Source of the DNA: a virus
IMG/VR virus record: IMGVR_UViG_3300002461_000857
Strand: one strand, 5' to 3'
DNA length: 24,382 nt
Below, piece after piece: positions 15,041-22,490 of this stretch. A model generated the notes under the pieces. That model was given only the letters and a program-made list of their open reading frames with translations, searched no databases and was not told the DNA's origin. Each line of letters opens with the position of its first letter. The first letter of the stretch is position 1. Made by a program: the position numbers and the translations under genes.

Positions 15041-16915
15041 ATGGCGATCCATCTACCCATGTTCCAACCCAAGGTCCCGGTCGGAGGACTGATCAAGAAC
15101 GGCATTCTCGTCCCGGTGATGAACAACGACGGGACCCAACGTCTCGATCGCTGGAAGAAACCTCTGTTTCGTCCGAAGCAGGTCGACTCGTGGATCATCA
15201 TGACTCCGATCAAGGACCAAGACGGCCTGTACGTCGTCGACGAGAAGGCGATGGCGGCGCTGCCGAAGGATTCGGATGAGAAGTGCCGGAGACTTCCTGT
15301 GTTCTTCTCGTCCGACGATCTCGAGGAGTCGGCTCGGACCTACCTCGCAGGGTACATCGGTCCAGTCCGCGTATGCATCGGAGATGGGAAGAACGCGACA
15401 CGATGGGAGATCAAGGCTGGCGTCAAGACCGGCAACAAGCAGGAGCGCAAGTGCCCGTGCGAGTGGCTCACTGCGCCCGAGGAAGACGGACCCAAGTGTT
15501 CGGGGACGCTCGATCTTCGATGCAGCATCGATTTGAAGGATGCTGTGACGCTCGGATCGGTGCATCGCTACCAGACCCACGGCGTGATCGGGATTTCGGA
15601 GCTCGTCGGATCTCTCATCCACATCCAGCGGGTGATCGGATCGATCGTGGCCGTTCCCATGTGGCTGTGCCTCAAGCCAGTGGTCGTGAATCCCAAGGGG
15701 ATGGGTCGGAAGACGGTCTACACCGCCTACCTCGAGATCAGAGGCAACAACATCGAAGGCCTGCAGAAGACCGCGCTGGCCCGGGCATCTGCGGTCCGGG
15801 AGGTGGCCAAGATCGCCGGTCTCCCATTCCAGTTCAGCCTGCCCGGCCCGGAGGAAGAGAGCGAGGAGGACGAAGCCGACGCGGCGAGGGAGTTTCTCCC
15901 CGATGTGATCGACACCACGATCTCGGATCGCGGGGAAGCCTCGAAGCGGAGCACTCCACCGGTCGCTCCTCTGCAGGATCAGAAGCCGACCCCCGAGCAG
16001 ATGACGCAGATCAAGGTGAGGATGGGAAAGCTGTCCTCGCTCTTGAACGAGCCTACCTCCGACAAGCAGGAGCGGATGCGTCGCATGTCGCAGATGGCCA
16101 AGAGGATCCTGCACGGACTCGGCTACAGGTTCGGCGACCTCAACATGTCGCAGTACGTCGAAGTCGCAGAGATCCTCGAGAAGCACATCCTCATCGAGGA
16201 GGGGATCATTCGACTCGAGGCGCTCTTCGGCATGGACGACAAGGCGAAGGCCCGCGACTACCTCCTGAACAGGATCGGGATCAAGGACGCGAACCAGATC
16301 GAACCTTCGATTCTCGACGAAATCCTGGTGAATCTCCAAGAGGCGATCATCCTCTCGGAACAGATCGAGACGTCCGACGACAAGACCGGCGAGCGTTCGG
16401 ATGACGATGACGACATCGGAGACGACGACATCGGAGACGACGACGACGGAGACGACGGAGACGACGGAGACGACTGGGACGACGATGACGAAGGTTCTGG
16501 TGGTGTCGAAGACAAGCCGGACGCCCCACCCGAAGCCGTGAACAGCGAGAAGGATACCGCGCCATCCCCAGCCCCCGAACCTGGCGCTGAGAAGGTCGAT
16601 CCTCCTCCGGCTCCGACATCTGCGGTCGAAGAAGAGGCCAAGGCTCGTCCACCTGGTCTCTCTGAGGATCCGGACAAGGTCCTCGGGAAGAACGATCCGC
16701 TTCGATCCAGGCTCGAGACCTCGATCGAGAAACTCGCGAAGCTTCGCGGCATCGACGGAAATGTCAAAGAGCGCAAGGAGCTTCTCGCGATCGTCTCGCA
16801 GGGAGAGATCGGACGATCGGTCACCATGTCTCAGATCACGAGCTCCATGGCGATGAAGCTGATCCCTGCGTTCGAGCAGTTGATCCAGGCAAGGGAGCAG
16901 GGAGAGCTCGGATGA
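15041..16915 (+). CDS. phage Gp3-like (recombination directionality factor-like) protein with long acidic C-terminal extension (624 aa)
   Basis: AAGGAG RBS; PKVPVGGLIKNG, LPVFFSSDD, CIGDG, CPC...KC, GSVHRYQTHG, VPMWLCL pattern; Asp-rich linker and repeated helical C-terminal domains. Confidence 0.7.
   Translation: MAIHLPMFQPKVPVGGLIKNGILVPVMNNDGTQRLDRWKKPLFRPKQVDSWIIMTPIKDQDGLYVVDEKAMAALPKDSDEKCRRLPVFFSSDDLEESARTYLAGYIGPVRVCIGDGKNATRWEIKAGVKTGNKQERKCPCEWLTAPEEDGPKCSGTLDLRCSIDLKDAVTLGSVHRYQTHGVIGISELVGSLIHIQRVIGSIVAVPMWLCLKPVVVNPKGMGRKTVYTAYLEIRGNNIEGLQKTALARASAVREVAKIAGLPFQFSLPGPEEESEEDEADAAREFLPDVIDTTISDRGEASKRSTPPVAPLQDQKPTPEQMTQIKVRMGKLSSLLNEPTSDKQERMRRMSQMAKRILHGLGYRFGDLNMSQYVEVAEILEKHILIEEGIIRLEALFGMDDKAKARDYLLNRIGIKDANQIEPSILDEILVNLQEAIILSEQIETSDDKTGERSDDDDDIGDDDIGDDDDGDDGDDGDDWDDDDEGSGGVEDKPDAPPEAVNSEKDTAPSPAPEPGAEKVDPPPAPTSAVEEEAKARPPGLSEDPDKVLGKNDPLRSRLETSIEKLAKLRGIDGNVKERKELLAIVSQGEIGRSVTMSQITSSMAMKLIPAFEQLIQAREQGELG
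16400..16491 (+). repeat. GAC-rich tandem repeats encoding the poly-Asp/Gly tract
   Basis: GACGACATCGGAGAC and GACGACGGA units, in frame. Confidence 0.85.
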
Positions 16916-17502
16916 TTCTCCATCCTCCCCAGGGTCATCCATTCCACGCCGCCACGGTCTTCCGTGGCGACGAGGACTCGTGGGCCATCTTCTCTCCCTG
17001 CGAGACGATGCGGTACGTCCTGGGGAGGAGACTGAGCCATGCACCGCTCCTCGTCTTCTTGCTGTTGAACCCAAGCACAGCTGACGAGATCGAACTCGAC
17101 CCAACACTGCGTCGATGCATCGACTTCGCGGCGAACATGTGGGGTTACGGAGGCATGATCATCCTCAACGCGTATGCGCTACGGACCAAGGATCCGAAGC
17201 TTCTTCCTCGCGTCAAGAGTCCTCGCGTCAAGAGGATGGTCTGCGACAGCGCGATCGGTCCGGAGAACAACTTCGCGATCGAGTACTACACCAAGGGACG
17301 GGACGTCTTGGTCGGATGGGGTAACCACTGCTCCGGTCCTCGGATGAGAAGGATCTCTCAGATCATTTCGTCGACGGCAAGGAACGTGGAGTGTCTGGAG
17401 ATCAACAAGAACGGATCACCAACGCACCCTCTGTACCTGCGCAAGGATAGCGTTCGCAAGCCTTGGGTCATGCCATACAGCATCGGTACGGTGGGAGCGT
17501 AA
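16912..17502 (+). CDS. DUF1643-family protein (196 aa)
   Basis: AIFSPC..RYVLGR, LNPSTAD..DPTLRRC, NAYALRTKDP, GPENN, VGWG, NGSPTHPLY. Confidence 0.92.
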   Translation: MILHPPQGHPFHAATVFRGDEDSWAIFSPCETMRYVLGRRLSHAPLLVFLLLNPSTADEIELDPTLRRCIDFAANMWGYGGMIILNAYALRTKDPKLLPRVKSPRVKRMVCDSAIGPENNFAIEYYTKGRDVLVGWGNHCSGPRMRRISQIISSTARNVECLEINKNGSPTHPLYLRKDSVRKPWVMPYSIGTVGA

Positions 17503-17505
17503 GCA

Positions 17506-18084
17506 ATGGCTGATCACAAGACGTGTCCTTCATGCGGATGGGTGCTTCATGGACATGCCCGAAGCGAAGCGCTGACGTGCGACGCTTGCGGGATGATCGT
17601 CCCAAGGGGTCTTCTTCCAGACGATCCGTCGTCGAAGCTGAAGATCGTCGATACAGACCTGATGTCGTCGAGGTCCGAAGCGGTGGTCAACGCCGTCAAC
17701 ACGGTCGGAGTGATGGGGAAGGGCGTCGCGCTGCTCTTCAAGAAGAAGTACCCCGACTACTTCTCCTCGTACGCCAAGGCGTGTCGATCAGGAACTATCC
17801 GGATCGGATCCGTCTTCGAGTACGAACTCGGGAGCGCCGGTCCGCCTTCGTGGATCCTGAGCGTTCCAACCAAGAGGCACTGGCGAGATCCTTCGGGTAT
17901 CGCCGACGTCGAACGCGGAGTCGAGGCGCTTTGGCGTTCGATTCTTCACCTCAAGATCGGATCCGTTTCCGTACCGGCACTCGGATGCGGAGAGGGAGGA
18001 CTTTCCTTCTCACGGGTCGGGCCGATCCTGGTGAAGTACCTGTCGAGCCTCAGCTGCGAAGTGTTCATCCACATGCCAAGGTAG
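17506..18084 (+). CDS. DarG-like macrodomain ADP-ribosyl hydrolase with N-terminal zinc ribbon (192 aa)
   Basis: VNAVNTVGVMGKGVALLFKKKYP, PTKRHWRDPS, PALGCGEGGL; N-terminal CPSC...CDAC; GGGAG RBS. Confidence 0.9.
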   Translation: MADHKTCPSCGWVLHGHARSEALTCDACGMIVPRGLLPDDPSSKLKIVDTDLMSSRSEAVVNAVNTVGVMGKGVALLFKKKYPDYFSSYAKACRSGTIRIGSVFEYELGSAGPPSWILSVPTKRHWRDPSGIADVERGVEALWRSILHLKIGSVSVPALGCGEGGLSFSRVGPILVKYLSSLSCEVFIHMPR

Positions 18085-18090
18085 AACCCA

Positions 18091-18459
18091 ATGAGCGAGA
18101 ACCGAATCATCGACACCACGCAACCTGTGAACTACTTCATCGGACCAGAGGAATCTTGGGGCAGGAGCATGGCTCTTCCTCGAGGCATCGATCCGCATGA
18201 GTTCTTCGACCAGATCGCCCCCGAGTTCGAACGGATGCGCCAGTTCTTCATCCAACAGAGCCAGGTCTCTGGAAAGGTTGGAACCGAGCTCCACCTCATC
18301 GAGATGTTCCGCGCCGTTTGGGTGATGGCCTCGGAGGCGCTGAAGCAGAAGGATGCGGAGACCAAGGATGCGGAGACCAAGGCCCTTGCAGCCGCTGTCA
18401 TGGACCTGCAGTCGCAGATCAATGAGATCCGCCGATCTCTTCGAGGGGACCTCCCGTAG
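18091..18459 (+). CDS. hypothetical protein (122 aa) with duplicated KDAET
   Basis: AAGG upstream; exact 15-nt tandem duplication 18349-18378; C-terminal coiled coil. Confidence 0.78.
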   Translation: MSENRIIDTTQPVNYFIGPEESWGRSMALPRGIDPHEFFDQIAPEFERMRQFFIQQSQVSGKVGTELHLIEMFRAVWVMASEALKQKDAETKDAETKALAAAVMDLQSQINEIRRSLRGDLP

Positions 18460-18475
18460 GCCTCGAGGTCACGGC

Positions 18476-18505
18476 TGGACGGAGGACTCTGGACGGCGCT
18501 AGACT
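18476..18505 (+). promoter_or_regulatory. putative promoter for a leaderless gene
   Basis: TGGACG-N18-TAGACT ending 7 nt before ATG 18513; no clear SD. Confidence 0.5.
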
Positions 18506-18512
18506 GCCGGGG

Positions 18513-18974
18513 ATGAGAAAAAATCCCCCAAGTGTCCGTCCCGGAGCGCGTATCCGTCCACGCCTCGTCCCTCCCCTACGTTCCGACGATCCGCCCAAGC
18601 GTGCGGGTCCGAAGATCGAGCAGGCGAAGCTCTCGAGCCTCGACGCTGCTCGTCAGCGGACCTCCGCCGTCGCAGCGCCTCTCACCCCAAGCGAGGGTCG
18701 GGTCATGCCCACTCCAGAGGCCGCAGGACCTCCGTCGCTGGCGACGGTGGCCGACCTGCTGTCTCAGATCCGGGATGAGATCCTCGGCCTGCGCGAGGAC
18801 TTCAGTGCCATGATCAACATGGCCGGCGACAGCGAAGAGGTCGAGGAGGAGGACCCCGAGTCGCCTACCGGATCCCACGCCTCCGAGCACGGGGAGGGTG
18901 AGGACGGGGAGGATGGCGAGCACGAGGGCGGCGACGTCGAGGAGGAGAGCCCCGAGTCGCCTACCGGATCCTGA
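18513..18974 (+). CDS. largely disordered protein: basic Pro-rich N-terminus, short coiled coil, acidic tail (153 aa)
   Basis: LLSQIRDEILGLRED helix; tail has an exact 22-nt direct repeat (18854-18875, 18950-18971) encoding PESPTGS. Confidence 0.72.
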   Translation: MRKNPPSVRPGARIRPRLVPPLRSDDPPKRAGPKIEQAKLSSLDAARQRTSAVAAPLTPSEGRVMPTPEAAGPPSLATVADLLSQIRDEILGLREDFSAMINMAGDSEEVEEEDPESPTGSHASEHGEGEDGEDGEHEGGDVEEESPESPTGS

Positions 18975-18985
18975 GCTCGAAGTTC

Positions 18986-19035
18986 GGCAGTGCGGCCGAA
19001 ACCAGGGTCCTAGAACGGCGCTCGACCGCACTGCC
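18986..19035. terminator. inverted repeat between convergent genes
   Basis: GGCAGTGCGGCCGA-N22-TCGACCGCACTGCC; the single mismatch becomes G-U on the minus strand; no clear U tract. Confidence 0.45.
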
Positions 19036-19121
19036 TACCAGCTTTCTGATCGATCAACGAGTCCCCTGTCCCCGCGATCGCTGACGATCTTCCAGTGGTG
19101 GCCCCACGCTAATCGTGAGGA

Positions 19122-19743
19122 TCACGTCCTGTCAAGACCCGGGATCCATGTCTCAGTGTCGATGACGTCGACGAAGAGGGCGCCGGCCCATCGCCACCAT
19201 GGGATAGCCTGCGCGCATTGGTGCTGTACCGACGAGAGTTGAGACCAGCGCGATCGCATCGACCAGATGCCGGGACCGACCCACCACTTCGTCCGCTCCT
19301 CGCAGCTACACGCGCCTTGCCTGCGGCACAGGCTGTCGATCCATGCGACGGCGGCGACAGCTGCCTTTCGAGGGTCATCCAGCGCGCTGGGACCGACGCA
19401 GTCGCCCAGGTAGCGGACGGTCCACGCCGAAGCGATCCCGAAGGGCGCGCCATCGAGCTCGACCCCCGGAGGCATCTCCCTCGTGCCAGGTCACCTCCTT
19501 GATCCAGTTGCAGCTGGATTCGCGTCGACAGATCCGCTTGAGCTCGGCACGAAGCTCGAGGTCCTGTGTCGCGGCATCGATGGCGTAGTAGACCTCCCAG
19601 ACCCTCGCCTCGGCCTCGGCTCGAGCCCGAGGATCGGTCGGATGGGTGTAGTTGGGGATGCCCGGGACTCGAGCCTCCGCGGTCCGAAGGCCTGCCAGAA
19701 GCCAGAGCATCAGGGCAGAAACGATCCAGATCGTGTGTCTCAT
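19122..19743 (-). pseudogene. secreted lysozyme/lytic-transglycosylase-like gene split by a frameshift near 19440-19455
   Basis: ORF 19375..19743 has a signal peptide (…AEA) and ICRRES catalytic-Glu motif; ORF 19122..19475 (+1 frame) carries the PFGI and LDDPRKAAVAAVAWI motifs expected downstream in the SLT fold. Confidence 0.6.
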
Positions 19744-19817
19744 CGGGGCGGAGCGTAACGCAGGCTGAGGGGTGGATGTCCATCCATCCTTTGAGGATCT
19801 TCACACCTGATCGACCA

Positions 19818-19945
19818 TGCACCGGACCATGCTCCTTTCGGGACGATGGTGCTGGACGAAGGCCGAAACTGGAGATACGATGCCTTCTCGTATCGCTTCG
19901 TCGAATGAGTGCACCCTGCTCGGAATGGTCCGGGCAGGGTTTTTT
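19818..19945 (+). ncRNA. candidate structured RNA/attenuator
   Basis: Stems 19822-30/19846-55, 19855-61/19896-902, 19874-80/19888-94, then a terminator hairpin; lies in a divergent intergenic gap with no credible + strand CDS. Confidence 0.45.
19913..19945 (+). terminator. Rho-independent terminator
   Basis: ACCCTGCTCGGA-ATGG-TCCGGGCAGGGT followed by TTTTT (12-bp stem, one U-G). Confidence 0.8.
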
Positions 19946-19962
19946 CGTATACGATGGCGAGG

Positions 19963-20871
19963 ATGATTCTTCCAAGCCTCGGCATTCGAGCCCTCATCGA
20001 GTCGGCCCATCGGGCCATGAGTGGACGTGAGCCCGCAGACGAGCGCAGTCGCGAGCCAGAGCCCATGATCCCCGACGCTCATGGTCAAGACGTGTCGATC
20101 GATACGGTCGGCGCATGGGCTGGTCGGACCTCGATGTCCTCCCCTGCAGCGATCAAGAGGGATGTGAGCTTCGCCAAGTCGATCGGGTTGAAGAGGCTGG
20201 ACATCATCGTCAACGACCACGCGGCCTGGAGATCGGACACTCCGTTCGACACCTATGACACCGATCGGATCGTGGGCCTTGCCGATGCGGCGATCTCCGC
20301 CGGTCTCGAGATCCACCTCATGTCCTGGTTGATGCCGCACCGGAAATACATCGACCAGGCCGCGCCACGACTCCGCGTTCTGGTCGAGAGGACAGGAGCA
20401 CGCTCGATCGTCTGGGACTGCGAAGAGCCATGGACGCAGGCGAGAGGAGCGATCAACTACGCCGACACGGCGTCCCATGTCTACGACGCCTTCCATGGGA
20501 TCGTGCAGGGTGTGACTGGGATCGGATACGCATCCGTGGAGAAGCTCGGACCGATCTGCAAGCTCGTCGACTACGTCGTCCCCCAGTGCTACTCGACGTC
20601 GACCACCGGAGTCTCTCCGAGCACCGTCGCGGCGAAGTTCGCGAGCCGGTGGAGGAAGATGTTCCGGAAGCCCGTCGTGATCGGACTTGCTGCGTATCGC
20701 CAGCGCGGGATCAAGGGGTTCACCGAAGAGTCGGCGCTCCGAGCTGCGTTCGGAAGCGCTGAGTCCGATCCGGAAGCCAGGACGGTGATCTACTGGTCTC
20801 TCGGTCAGATCCGAGCGAGCTCAACGGCGGCCAGGGTGATCCGAAGCCTGACCCATGTCTCGGTCGCCTAG
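19963..20871 (+). CDS. TIM-barrel glycoside hydrolase-like protein (GH18/GH25-like), possible peptidoglycan hydrolase (~302 aa)
   Basis: Alternating beta/alpha pattern; AGLEIHLMSW, IVWDCEE (DxE), DYVVPQCY, KPVVIGLAAY, IYWS. Start chosen from TACGAT-N7-ATG. Confidence 0.65.
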   Translation: MILPSLGIRALIESAHRAMSGREPADERSREPEPMIPDAHGQDVSIDTVGAWAGRTSMSSPAAIKRDVSFAKSIGLKRLDIIVNDHAAWRSDTPFDTYDTDRIVGLADAAISAGLEIHLMSWLMPHRKYIDQAAPRLRVLVERTGARSIVWDCEEPWTQARGAINYADTASHVYDAFHGIVQGVTGIGYASVEKLGPICKLVDYVVPQCYSTSTTGVSPSTVAAKFASRWRKMFRKPVVIGLAAYRQRGIKGFTEESALRAAFGSAESDPEARTVIYWSLGQIRASSTAARVIRSLTHVSVA

Positions 20872-20936
20872 TGCGACCAGGATCGCTCCTGCGATTGTTC
20901 TACGAACCGATCCCTGGATCGGTTAGATTTCTTCCC

Positions 20937-21404
20937 GTGTTCAACATCCTCCTCTTCCTCGTCATCTCCGCTCCATCGAACAGCGAGCTTCGGGCCTCGT
21001 GCTACACCGCCGATCCCGACGCTTCGGCATGCCTCCGTCTCGGGCGTAGGCATCTCACTGGACGAGGGGCCAAGAAGGATCTCCCGAAGGCGGAAAAGCT
21101 CCTGACCGTCGCATGTGGGTCCGCCGAGCGCGAGGACGTCGCCGCTGCGGCATGCACCCAGCTCGGGGGCATGCTCTACAACGGCAACGGGGTACGAAAG
21201 GACTACGCTCGAGCCGCAGAGGCCTTCAAGATCGCCTGCGATTTCGGCGGAGCGAGCGCTTGCGCATCCCTCGGGCAGATGACGTACCGAGGCATCGGCG
21301 TCCTCGAAAAGGATCTCGAAGGGAGCGAAGCCCTGTTCCGCAAGGCGTGCTTTCTCGGATGGAAGCGGTCGTGCGACGATGACCACGCGAAGGATCGCCA
21401 GTGA
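20937..21404 (+). CDS. secreted Cys-rich Sel1-like repeat protein (Hcp-type), 155 aa
   Basis: Three SLRs (ACxxLGxxxxxGxGvxKDxxxAxxxxxxAC); hydrophobic N-terminus from GTG 20937, preceded by TAGATT-N7. ORF track start 20871 is the alternative. Confidence 0.88.
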   Translation: MFNILLFLVISAPSNSELRASCYTADPDASACLRLGRRHLTGRGAKKDLPKAEKLLTVACGSAEREDVAAAACTQLGGMLYNGNGVRKDYARAAEAFKIACDFGGASACASLGQMTYRGIGVLEKDLEGSEALFRKACFLGWKRSCDDDHAKDRQ

Positions 21405-21643
21405 TGACACCCATCCTCATCGCCGCCGGGTTCATCGCGATCTTGATCGCATCAGAGATCTTCCTCGACCGCATGCAACAGAGGCTGTGGCGAGAAGGAC
21501 GATCCGATCGTGAGAAGATCGCGTCCTTGAAGTCCGATCTCCGCCGAGACAAAGAGAAGATCCGCAACGATCTCATGAAGGATCCGCTCATCTCAGCGGT
21601 CGCAAAAATACTCGCCGAGAGCGAGAAGGTTCGCGGGCAATGA
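21401..21643 (+). CDS. single-pass membrane protein with charged coiled coil (80 aa)
   Basis: GTGATG overlap, AAGGA upstream; TM segment ILIAAGFIAILIASEIFL. Confidence 0.75.
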   Translation: MMTPILIAAGFIAILIASEIFLDRMQQRLWREGRSDREKIASLKSDLRRDKEKIRNDLMKDPLISAVAKILAESEKVRGQ

Positions 21644-21810
21644 CCGACGTCCTGAGGCGAGCTATCGCGAGACGACGGCGTGAGAGTAACGTTCGCGCTC
21701 ACTACTTCATGATGCGGAGCTTCGCTCGTATGGCGTGGGAACATCGAAGCGCTCGGCTTCTGTGGGCCTCGACAAAGCACGCCGCGAGATGGGTGCTAGG
21801 GATGCAATGA
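21640..21810 (+). CDS. small basic protein (56 aa)
   Basis: Not in ORF track: MTDVLRRAIARRRRESNVRAHYFMMRSFARMAWEHRSARLLWASTKHAARWVLGMQ; ATGA overlaps at both ends. Confidence 0.65.
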   Translation: MTDVLRRAIARRRRESNVRAHYFMMRSFARMAWEHRSARLLWASTKHAARWVLGMQ

Positions 21811-22295
21811 CGATGACCGAGTTCACTGCCGACTATCTCATCCCGATCCCACAAGGGTTTCCTGCGGAGATGCTCTCCACGTTCACCTCCGGACCACTTC
21901 GAGATCTACGGACGAGGTGGCGTGACCTCGGGTGCACGTCGAAGGTCCGACGTACCGACGCCGGGCTGACGGTCGACGTGACCGGGCCCGTCAACGCTGT
22001 ACTCGACGTCATGGCTGAAGTCTGCGCGTGCGGAGTCGCGATCCAAATGGCGTCATCACACGCGAGAAAGTGGGACGCAGTGATCGCCAGTGCGGTCGAC
22101 GATTTCATGCGCACGAAAAAGCCAGGAACGATCGTGTTCCTCTGCGATTTTGGGCACGTGAAGTCGGTGGAAGACTCCCCGACCTTGCGCGATCTCATGG
22201 AGAGTCGAGTTTTACCAAGGTGCGAAAAGTGCTCGTCCAAGATGGTCGAGGCAACGCCGGAGATCCTGATGCGCTTCGCTATCGAGCGACGATGA
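21807..22295 (+). CDS. hypothetical protein with C-terminal zinc ribbon (162 aa)
   Basis: Start at ATG 21807 (ATGA overlap); CDFGH...CEKC. Confidence 0.72.
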   Translation: MTMTEFTADYLIPIPQGFPAEMLSTFTSGPLRDLRTRWRDLGCTSKVRRTDAGLTVDVTGPVNAVLDVMAEVCACGVAIQMASSHARKWDAVIASAVDDFMRTKKPGTIVFLCDFGHVKSVEDSPTLRDLMESRVLPRCEKCSSKMVEATPEILMRFAIERR

Positions 22296-22304
22296 GGATC
22301 ACGG

Positions 22305-22490
22305 CTACTTCTCGAGCTTCCACGCGAACCCGTTCCCATAGATCGACAAGCACGACACCTTCCTCTGGCGAGGCTTGCAGTCGAACCACTCGATCGTCAC
22401 GTTCTCGTCAGAGACCACGGATACACGGCCTCTGCGAAACGGCCTTCGCATCGTAGCGACAATATCTCCAACCTTCGGTGACTCGCTCAT
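22305..22490 (-). CDS. small SH3/KOW-like protein (61 aa)
   Basis: MSESPKVGDIV...GRV...VTIEW; ATGA overlap, GGAG upstream. Confidence 0.65.
   Translation of the reverse strand: MSESPKVGDIVATMRRPFRRGRVSVVSDENVTIEWFDCKPRQRKVSCLSIYGNGFAWKLEK

Noticed and set aside
15041-16915. Integrase/excision module implied by the 'recombination directionality factor' family name
   Set aside because: No integrase or att-like site in the window; the family label does not establish that function.
15053-17107. 684-aa minus-strand ORF, and similar long antisense ORFs (3026..4333, 10308..11627, 11692..12708)
   Set aside because: Shadow frames opposite genes with clear motifs; expected in high-GC DNA; no RBS or recognisable domains.
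16912-18084. Complete DarTG toxin-antitoxin system
   Set aside because: The gene upstream of the macrodomain is DUF1643, not a DarT (DUF4433) ADP-ribosyltransferase.
19818-19913. HDV-like or hammerhead ribozyme (GG-P4-CGAAUG tail; CUGAUCGA...GGCCGAAAC)
   Set aside because: I could not build a consistent P2/P3/L3 pseudoknot or the G-U cleavage pair, and the hammerhead core CUGANGA is not intact. Kept only as an unclassified structured RNA.
19740-20066. 108-aa minus-strand ORF ending in an ATGA overlap
   Set aside because: Overlaps the hydrolase start and runs through the terminator and structured region; composition is not protein-like. Not fully excluded.
21401-21643. Rz-like i-spanin or holin
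   Set aside because: TM plus coiled coil fits loosely, but I found no embedded or adjacent o-spanin lipoprotein and the protein is short.
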